Assembly (NCBI RefSeq): GCF_006345805.1
Contig: NC_042999.1
Span: 87,916,001-87,980,000, forward strand
DNA: 64,000 nucleotides
Origin: Octopus sinensis
Taxonomy: Eukaryota
Direction of reading: 5' to 3'
Shown here piece by piece: positions 53,706 through 64,000 of the stretch (positions within the stretch are counted from its first letter, which is position 1; each line of letters opens with the position of its first letter). A program made the translations under genes and the position numbers. A model generated the notes under the pieces. It ran no database searches. It was given only the letters and a program-made list of their open reading frames with translations, and was not told the origin of the DNA.

Positions 53706-54998
53706 CGAGGGGCGTTCAATAAGTAATGCCTCTGACCCACTTCCCATAGCAGTAGAGCAACGAAACTTGGCACAGTTATTAGTCTTTTACTACATAGGAA
53801 CCACCCAGAGTTACGCATTTCTCCCATCGTTTGATACAGCTCTGGATACCGTTTTTGTAGAAGACCCTAGCTTGGTCCTCCAACCACGACGTGACTTCAG
53901 AAATCAAGGCTGCATCATCTGGGAAACGCTTTCCTTTCAAAAACAACTTCATGGCTGGGAAGAGGTGAAAATCAGAGGGTGCAAGGTCAGGAGAGTAGGG
54001 GTGATGGGGGAGGAGTTCATAGCCGCACGCCTGTGCTTCTGATTTGGCGACACGCGAGTTGTGGATCGGAGCGTTGTCCTGCAGGAGGAGGATGCCTTTG
54101 CTGATCTTGACCCGCCTCCTGATTTTGATAGCTTCTCTTAATTTCCTCAAAAGTGAAGCATAATAGACTCCTGTAATTGTGGCACCCTTTGCCAAGAAAT
54201 CTGTCATCACTACTCCGTCCTGGTCCCAGAAGACTGTGAGCATGACCTTGCCAGCGGAGGGTTGCACCCTTGCCTTCTTTGGAGGAGGTGAGTCACGGTA
54301 CTTCCACTGCATTGACTGGGCTTTGGTCTCTGGATCATAGTGATGGACCCAGGTTTCATCCTGTGTAATCAGTCTTTTGAAAAATTTTGACTCATCTTCT
54401 TGGCACATCTCCAAATTCATCCTCGAGCACTCGACGCGTTCTTGCTTCTGGAAAGGTGTGAGCAACCTGGGAATCTATCTGGCAGACACCTTTTGCATAT
54501 GCAAATGGTCATAAATGATAGTTTCCACAGACCCGGTACTAATCTTGACCTCATGGGCTATTTGGCGAATAGTTATGCGTCGATCTTCCAAAATGGCAGC
54601 CTCAACTTGACGGACAGATGCCTCATCCATGGCAGAAGGGGAACGACCAGATCTGGGAGCTGTTTCCACAGAGTTCCGACCATGTTTGAATTCACGATGC
54701 CAGCGTTTTACAAGGTCATATGATGGGGCATCATCACCATAAGTTACTTTCATTTCATCAAAAGTCTCCCGTGGTGTGCATCCTTTCAAATACAAAAACC
54801 GGATCACTGCTCGACACTCAACAGGCTCCATTTCACACTTGACTCAGTTCAAACACCTGTAAATCAGAAACCACAATTAGTTCAGAGCTGTAATTTGCCA
54901 CTTAATCTATAGAGATATAAATAATTGCACGTACACACTTTCAGCGAGATCAAACAACTGCAAGTGGGTCAGAGACATTACTTATTGAACGCCCCTCG
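53706..54998 (-). mobile_element. Full-length mariner (DD34D) transposon, 1293 bp, TA TSD
   Basis: 37-bp TIRs with one mismatch (cgaggggcgttcaataagtaatg(c/t)ctctgacccactt), TA on both sides. Confidence 0.97.
53779..54831 (-). pseudogene. Mariner transposase, 350 codons, with a single in-frame TAG at the Trp of WIPR
   Basis: ORFs 54475..54831 and 53779..54465 are in the same frame (KVSAR*IPRLLTP); DETW, DNA and YSPDLAPSD are present with 34-residue D-D spacing. Confidence 0.93.
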
Positions 54999-56469
54999 TA
55001 TATTCTAATTTTTACTATTGCACATTTGCCATCATCTAACAATTCCAAACCACACACTCACGCCCCCCCCCCACACACACACATACACACACATACACAC
55101 ATACGCGCGCACACACACACACATATATATTCAGAGGGAAGAATTAACATGACAAATCTTTTCGGAGCCATATAACGTATAAATTACATGTCTTCGTCCG
55201 AATTACAGGTCATATTTCGTGGTGAGTCAGTTTAAGGATATTGCCAATTATAACAGGGAAAGGATCAAGAACCCAGATTCAATTTCGCCTTCAATGTGAA
55301 CTTTAATCTTCCTTAGTTAACGAGAAACGAACAATCTGTCTCACCGGATTTTCCTATGATTCGTTATTCTGCGTTAGGATCCTTTCTATCAATTATTATC
55401 CAAAAATAATCTTCAAAATCCAGACACGGATGTGAATTTTAATTGGAAATGCACATATTTTAATCCGACTTTGGATAGAAACGTTTCTAAGGTAGGTTGT
55501 TATAAATTCTTTGTAGTTCGTAAATCTAGATTAATTATACACAATAACTTAATGTCCTTTTACAATTTCAGTCGTTAACGTCCGTAATTTAATATTTATA
55601 GCTAGTATAAATTTCTATAAATGACTTAATTATAATTGCAATTATTACTTGCCACGAGTACCCTCGTTGAAGTGAAGAGAACCTTCCGACGCAAATGACA
55701 TTTTGATTTATCAAATACCATTCAATAATATTTCATGAGGTAAATGTCATACTAACGTTGTCATAAAGCTATTCATATATGATAAATTAGTATTTGGTCA
55801 ATTGTTATTATATTAAATAAACTATAGTAATTATTTCATAGAAATTCCTTACTCGTATCTAAAATGTTTTATGTTGACTGGTAAATGATGTGAAGATATT
55901 ACATCATCAATCACTTTTAATATTTATCTTGCTAAGTATTAATGTTTTCCGATAATATTTCATTAGCTGTTGAAAGAAATGATTTGATAGGATGCAATAT
56001 CTGATGCTATAAATTAATAAGTCACATTCAATTCATTTAGTAGCATCTTTGAAATCACTACTCTCCAAGAGCTTCCAAAAACGCATGGATAGTGTTGATC
56101 CTTCAGTGATAATAAAAAATATAAATGAAATCATGGTCGATGGGCTTTTTTATCAGAATGATTACCGTCTAAATTTAAGAAAATGCATGTTAAGTCAGTT
56201 ATTCCATATCCCATGTCATTGTTAATGTGTAATGTAGAATAATGTTGGTTATGCACGCACAAAATACAAATTTTAAGCATTTTTATGAAATGATTTTTTA
56301 AGTAAGTAACATACGGGAAATTATAGATATATTTAGCTTTAAACTGAAGCTGTTATCTCTTATGAGAATTGTAATTTATTTGAGATATTGTGTTGCGTTA
56401 AACGGTAACCATTTACAGAAATTTAATTCTTTAATATTTTTATAATTATGAAGCTGATATAGAAGTGAA

Positions 56470-57560
56470 GTGGGAAGTAATGTAATCAATTTCCCCTGGC
56501 TTGGCTTCGCAAAGAAGATTTACTGAGGGTGATGTCCTCGTCTGTTTCAGGCTTGTTGATGCGCGACGAGCCCGAATCAAACTAAACAGGCATGACTGCA
56601 GAAGCTGGAAAGGTATGTTCATCCGGGCTGGTTGTAGCCTTTTCTCTATTTTCTCTCGTCTGAAAGCATGGTTTTGCAGTATCTCCAAAGGAGCCTATTG
56701 ACCTAACGACAATGTGGCACCAAACGTCATGACCAAAGTCAACAACAGGTCACTGGTGGTGATCAATGTGCAGGCACTGAGAAATTTCTTTAGGGAATCC
56801 TTCTACCGCTTCTTTGATACCCTCTTGCACGGTGACCAGAGGAAAGTTCGCTATACACCGTGATGTTGGGAAGTCGGTGATCGTCCTTCAAGGTAACTTG
56901 CCCTGCCCAGAGTAGCTGTATCTTCAGAAGAATTACTTCGAAGCTGGGATCTATCACCTGCTCTACGACACTGACGTTAATAACAAAATCACTCCGGAGG
57001 ATGCCGTACATAATACGAAAGCAACCATGACGGAATAGCCCAATGCGTTGTAGGTGGGCTGATAGATGCCCCATAACTCTGAGTCATACAAGAGAGTGGT
57101 CAGAACATTAGTTATTAAACACGAATCTGATCACTTTCTTCGGTTGCTTATTGTTCCAGACTTTAGTACGAGCTACCGAATGCAGTTTGTCTTGGCCAAT
57201 TGTTAGCTTCCTTGTTGATTGTGGCAGCTGGGTAAGTGAACGAGTTAAGTTTCCACGATGAAGATATGGAAGTGGTGGTGTTTTAGTTATGGTGGAGGTT
57301 GATGGAGGACTTTTGCTTTCTTTAAAATGACTTTTAGGTCAAAGTGCCTGACAGATTCTGTAAGGCAAGAGTTGCTGCGTTACAGGACTGTCCCTTTGTG
57401 AGCAATAGGGACAGTATCGTCTACGAAATGTAACTGTTGGATTGGCTGTATCAGTGTTTGCGTGTGAGCTTGTAGCCACCTTAGGTTGAAAAGTCTCCCA
57501 TCAATATGGTACCGAATGTAGATACCATCTTTATCATTGAGGTTCTTCAATGGCTTGCGG
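56470..57560 (-). mobile_element. 3' part of an RTE-clade LINE, degenerate
   Basis: FRHGCFRIMYGIL...[50 protein letters not shown] matches the RTE ORF C-terminal region. Confidence 0.8.
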
Positions 57561-57739
57561 GAAAATCGTACTGAAGAATATGGTGGAAAATATCAGTTTG
57601 AGGACACAACTTTACTTCACCCCGTTGTCAGTGGAAAAGGGTGCAGATAAATCGTTGTTATGCCAGACCTAACTCTCTTTCTCTCTCCCTCTCTCTCTCC
57701 CTCCCTCCCCCTCTCTCTCTCCCTCCCTCCCCCTCTCTC

Positions 57740-57773
<34 letters not shown>

Positions 57774-58094
57774 AAGAGAGAAAGAGAGATAAGGAAAGAA
57801 ATAGACCAACAATTAACAATTAAAAGCTGATCATTGGTATTAAAAGGTCATAGTTTAATTCTAGTTCAAGAACATTTACAGCTGTTTTAGTTTGCTATTC
57901 CGAACTAAATTTGCATTTAATCATGTAACAAACTTCGTCAGAATGATTTAGAGTTTATCGGAGGAATATAGATAGGAGAAAAGAAAGAGGAAAAAAGGAA
58001 AATAGGAAAAAGTTCGTTAAGTCTTTAGGCTTACGTTTTTGTGCCCTTTTTTGTGTTCCACGCTGTGTGCATTTCTTCAATTAGACGGTTGCAT

Positions 58095-58225
<131 letters not shown>

Positions 58226-60444
58226 TGTATATTCACTGGAAGAATATTCATGTTGTTAGTTCTAATCCTATCAAGTTAAACTGTTGTATTTTCTTCTCGG
58301 AGTCCATAGTCTATGCACCAAATAATTGTGCTGTGATGGGATATTATGTGAAGATAACATACCCGTATCTATATTTGTAGAAGTGAACAGAATACATTTT
58401 GAGGCAACACAACTATCATCTATCTCTCTTCTGTTTTGGAGTCAAATGTAATTATCTATGAATAAATATTCTGATTAAACATTGTATATCATCTGTAGTA
58501 GCTGTAATATTGTTTCAATAATAATATTAACACATATAGGCGACAATTTTTTTACTGGTTTTGGCCTGACGGTACAAGAGATAGTGTTAGGTGACCCGCT
58601 GAGGTTAAAGGCACGAGAGTTAAGTCTGGCCATCTACAATACCACGTAGAAAGAATAGCTGGATGATGCGCTAAACTAAATGAAAACAAAGAAATCGTAT
58701 GATCCGTAATGTCAATTATGAATTATGCATTAGTGTATGTATTATTCACTTATGAACCATCTCAATACTATTTCACTCTAAGCTTGACATCATTGTCCTA
58801 TTTTGTTAAGAATTCGAGGTTTTCTTCTCTAAGTGAACAAGTAACAATTGCGAAAATCGATATTCAACCTCATTCTAACAGAATATTATGCTTTTCGTCA
58901 GCAGTGTATTTTTATTTTAAGTATATAAACAAAACCATCTTTACATCTTCGAAAGCTTTTATCTAAAATAAATAAATAGTTATTTTATCGACAATTCTTC
59001 AACCTATAGATTCAAAGGACAAAAGCTGGGCGCAGGCTATTGTTGGTTGCTGAAATTTCTTTCTTATCTATATCAATTCCTTTTATCGATTTCATAAAAC
59101 AATTTGCATTTTGCAGTTCATAAACTTGCATTAGAATGTCTTTCATGAAAGTCTACTTTACCACAGTACAGCATTTCGAGCGAACTTTTTATTATGTCCA
59201 AAAAATTGCTACTGTTTTATTGTGGTGCAGAAAATATAACTGCATCAATTTATAATTTTAATTTGCATTTTAATGCAAAATTATTTCTAATTATTTTAAA
59301 TTATCCTGAATAGTTCTTGGATATTGTTTAATTAAAAGAAATAATTTATATCAAAGCAATTTTATTAAGTAAAATATATGGGTGTTTACTGCTTTGTGAA
59401 TGTGAATAACACAAAAATACGGTTTATTTGGCTCTAAGACGAAGCTCAAGTCCTATGTGCCTGAAGTAAGTGAAAATCAATAGAGTGTATTGTTCTCATC
59501 ACTAGAAGTTCAATACCTTCTCTGATGCCTTTAATGCTATGAAGGAATATAGATGTATAAATCAATAATTGTAATATAATTATTTCACAAGTTTTCATCA
59601 AGAATGAAGTTATTTCCAACGATTCCTAGTTTATATATCTATTCCTAACATTAGTACAAAACCATATATTTGTTGAGGCAGGCTTTATAAATATAATCAA
59701 GCAGAGCACATGAGTAGTATTATGCTCCTTAGTTTATCAGAAATCGAGCCTAAATTCAGATCGAGCAGGTGTATTTTAATATTCTGCTTTGACTCTTGTG
59801 CGCGAGTATTTAAATAATAGAAAAACGATATAAAGAAGAAGACTTTCTTAACATACTTTATGAAGTAGTTGAAAGATTTACCTTGATTTTCTACTGGGAT
59901 TTTGTTTCTTTCTATTGTTGGAGAGTAATTTATAACGAAGTTTGAATTGATTAATAGTAAATTCACACTGTTTTCTTGAATATCAAATATATCATTATAT
60001 TGTTTTATACATGAACAAAAATTGGAACTGCATTCGAATTTTACACTTTTATTGTTTGGAAATATCAATAACTTCGGTCCTACACTGTAGCGTGAAAGTT
60101 GGATTATTTGAAATGACTAATTTATTATTCTCATTGTTAATATACTGCATTTTACCAACATTAATATCCTCATGGCTTTGACATGATCTAGAACGTGAAA
60201 ACTGAATTAGGCACAAACGTACACACAAATACACACATGCACACGTACACACATGCACACGTGCACATATGCAAAGATATATACATAAAATTCTACAAAT
60301 GCCCTAGCAACGGATACCTTGTATGTCTATTATAATCACTCTTCATTTTCTAAATTTATTTTGTTTATTTTCAAATATCTATTGCCGTTTCTAAATTTGT
60401 CCGAATTCTCCCAGCTCTGCTATATGTGTATATAATATGTACTT

Positions 60445-60681
<237 letters not shown>

Positions 60682-61684
60682 AAAATGTGCGTCTGTGTTC
60701 ATATAGTCAATATATAACTCACCGCCACCTCATCTTTTTTCACCTTCTTTCCTTCATTTACTCTTCACCAAAATAACATCATCGTTTGTGTTTATTTTAA
60801 TTGTTTTTATTCCTCTTTTTTATATATGGTGGTGACCCCAATATCGTATAGGTAACAATCTCTATACCATTGTAAGACTATGCATATATCGATTCATTGA
60901 TTGAATTCACACTGGAAGATTCATTACATATTCGTTGATTCAATATATTTATATAGTTTAAATTTTGAACATCCTACCCCTTTAAATATTTTTTAATATT
61001 TTATTCATTTGACTATTTTTACACTTTTTGAGTGTTTTCTTTTTTTCTCTACCGACATTCTTCAGCATACTAATAAAGACTAATTAATCACCAGAATAAT
61101 TAATCAAATGGCCATTTCTACAAGAATTAGATTTGATTTTTAATAGGATTTAGATTTAATTAAATGAACTGCAAATTTTCATATTTTTCCTTCTATCCCT
61201 TATTAAATATGGCAGTTATTTTCATTGGAAGTGTGCACGAACCTAAGAGAGTTGAGGAAATGGCAAATTATGATGAAGAAAATAAACAGCCATTTCATTG
61301 GTATTCACTCGTTGACAAATCTTAACAAAATCGACATTGAATTCACACGTTCAAATTAGTTAGCCTATATAATTGAAGACTGGCGCTATTGTTAGATTAC
61401 AGTTAACTCTTTGGAGCATAACAGAACTGAAGGAAGTAGTAGTTGCTTAATAGCTGTATAAAAACTTTGATTAGATGTTCAAGAAGATTCTTCCTCATCA
61501 CTCATTCAAAATCTATTCAATTTCTAAAGCACCTATCAATTTCTTTAAGTAAAGCGATAGTAAAGTATTCACAAATACTTCTTTTAGTAGAAGTTACTGA
61601 GATCACGTGTACGTGTATATGTGTGTATGTATGTGTGTGTGTGTGTGTACATGTAAACGTGCATGTTTACATATACATGGATAT

Positions 61685-61900
61685 ATATTTCGTTTACCTG
61701 TTTCAGTCATTAGACTACGGTCATGCTGGGACACCGCCTTGAAGAATATTAATCGAATGAATCGAACCGAGTATAATTTTTAAAGCCCGGTACTTATTCT
61801 ATGGATTTCCTTTTTTCGAATATATAGGTGACGGAGACATAACCATTTTAACACCCGTTGTGAAGCGGTGGTGTGGGAACAAACACAGAAGCACAAAGAT
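61685..61900 (-). mobile_element. SINE 3' half
   Basis: tgtttcagtcattagactacggtcatgctgggacaccgcc... homologous to 11640. Confidence 0.7.
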
Positions 61901-61958
61901 ACCTATATACATACATACATACATATGCATGCGTGAGCATGCATGTATAATATATGTG

Positions 61959-61996
<38 letters not shown>

Positions 61997-62904
61997 AGTG
62001 TGTGTGTGTGTATATGTGTATGAGTGTATATGTATGTATGCATATGCACATATGTATATGTACGTGTGTATGTGCGTACGTATGTCAGTTTACCTCCTTT
62101 CCTCCTCTCTGATACCAAACATACTGACTTATAGACTCACATATGTCTATTTATAGGAATTTGACATGCTTGTATTCTTCCCACCACTTTAATTTTTACT
62201 ACTAAAACAACTACTCAATTTGGTATCACTCCACTCATACCTTTTATCTACCCTTGATGCAGCTCTATCATATCACGCCTACTCACATATCTCACATCTA
62301 TTCAATCCTTACTTTCTCATCTCTTCTTATCCTCTCACTCCTCTCCCATCCTCCCCTCACATTATATTGACCGCCAGCTAACACTCCCTTTCTCACTTCT
62401 TTCACCCTTTCATTTCATTGGTTTTTTTTCACACTTTTCACTTTTTCCCTCTCACTTTTTGTTTCTTTTTTCTTTTTCTTCCTATCATTTTCTCTTCCTG
62501 TTTTCATTTTCAACTATCTTTTCATTCTATCATACACATCTCTCCACCCCATCTATCCACAAATACTACCAATACATACTCAAATTTTCATTCACACCAC
62601 AAGACCCTTTCAAATGAGCAACACAGAATCCACGGCTCCATACTTTGAAATGACTAAACATGAACTACTATTGGAACTTACCGGATACAGGAAACTTTTT
62701 TTTACCGCTTATATACACCATTTTCCTCGAATAATGGAACTGCAACTATATATATTTATATTGTACTTCTACTTTCATTCACTATTTCCCATTATATTCC
62801 CTATCTCCTCCTTTTCTATAAGAATTCCTTATTTCGAACTCAAATATTTACCTCTATTTAACAATCTCACATCGTCTCTGATGAAGTGATATCCATACAC
62901 ATAT

Positions 62905-63626
62905 ATATACAACGGTCTTCTTTCAGTTTTCGTCTACTAAATCCACACACAAGGCTTTGGTCGGCCCGAGGTTATAGTATAAGACACTTGCCCAAGGTTC
63001 CACGCAGAGAGACTGAATCCAGTTGGGGAACGGGCTTCCTAGCACACAGCCACAATGAGAAATATATCATGTGTCGGCATATTTATGAGTCAACCGCGGC
63101 GGAATGTGAACTCAGAACGTAAAGACATACGATATGCCGTAAGCATTTCACCCGGTGTGCTAACGAGTCTGCCAGCTCGCAGTTCATCCAAGACTGAAAA
63201 ATATTCTGAGATTGAATTGATTAACTGCAGAACTTGAAAGATGTATCCCAGCAACATAGTCTAAAGTCTAAAAGTAACAAAGTAATAATTCTTTAAAGTA
63301 TAAACTTTCTCGCTCATTACGGTTGCTTTACTTATATTGTCCATATTAGTTACGATATGTATATATCATACTCAAAATATTGTATCTGTTGATCTGTTTA
63401 TAACCAAATCTCGAGTTAGTATTCACTGAATAATTATGGAAAATAATCCCTTCTACTAAGGCACAAGGCCTGAAACTTTGTTTCACTCTTACGTAATTAA
63501 TAGACCCCGAAAGGATGAAAGGCAAGGTAAACCTTGGCGGAATTTGAACTCAGAATGTAGCCACGAGCGAAATACCTCTAAGCATTTCGCCCGGTGTGCT
63601 AAAGATTTTACCAGCTCGCCGCCTTA
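62905..63626 (-). mobile_element. Cluster of SINE fragments (~62905-63055, ~63080-63180, ~63455-63626)
   Basis: Family motifs ctttcagttttcgtctactaaatccacacacaaggc and aagcatttcgcccggtgtgctaa...agctcgccgcctt. Confidence 0.7.
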
Positions 63627-63951
63627 GATTAAGAAAGATAATAAAACATGAAGAGAACGTAACAGTGTAAGTTAATATAAAAATGTTATATTCCCCAGTA
63701 TTTGAAGGACTGTAAATCTCCTCACCGATTTCATATAATTCCAGAAACTGTTTCACTGGATATTTTACGTTTGTTAAAAATCAATGTAATATACATAATT
63801 TCTATATACTACGTTTCAATACATTGCTTATTAAATTTTATTAATGAGTCCATCCAACAAGTACCATAATGCGTATGGTCAATATATTTGTAGATTCACT
63901 GAGCCTACTGGTAAATGTATATACTATATGCACAATGATTGTGCATATAGT

Positions 63952-63952
63952 A

Positions 63953-64000
<48 letters not shown>
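63952..64000. repeat. (TATC)n microsatellite running off the window end
   Basis: Direct inspection. Confidence 0.95.

Noticed and set aside
59439-59465. 27-nt plus-strand micro-exon (TKLKSYVPE, donor GTAAGT)
   Set aside because: The next acceptor would imply a 40-nt intron, and such signals arise by chance in AT-rich DNA.

Overview
AT-rich, repeat-saturated eukaryotic genomic DNA with dense microsatellites. It is most likely from an octopus or other coleoid cephalopod; I infer this from recalled SINE families and repeat density, not from a search. No intact host gene can be identified, only a few candidate exons of an unidentified gene. The window holds four Tc1/mariner elements (one near-intact), L1/Tx1-like, RTE-like and Penelope-like retroelement remains, and many tRNA-headed SINEs. 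Main observations: (1) Type I hammerhead-ribozyme folds occur in several unrelated repeat units. These include a near-identical 607-bp-period tandem with two canonical GUC hammerheads (36004-37046, retrozyme-like) and a tRNA-headed, hammerhead-bearing unit found both at the end of a Penelope ORF and as a solo copy with an inverted partner. (2) An intronless ~0.8-kb LRP5/6 fragment is embedded, same strand, inside ORF2 of an L1/Tx1-like LINE. (3) A full-length mariner has one premature stop, TAG at the conserved Trp of WIPR, which A-to-I editing could in principle repair. (4) An ORF1-only (HAL1-like) LINE derivative is nested in another repeat. All ribozyme folds were paired by hand and their activity is untested.
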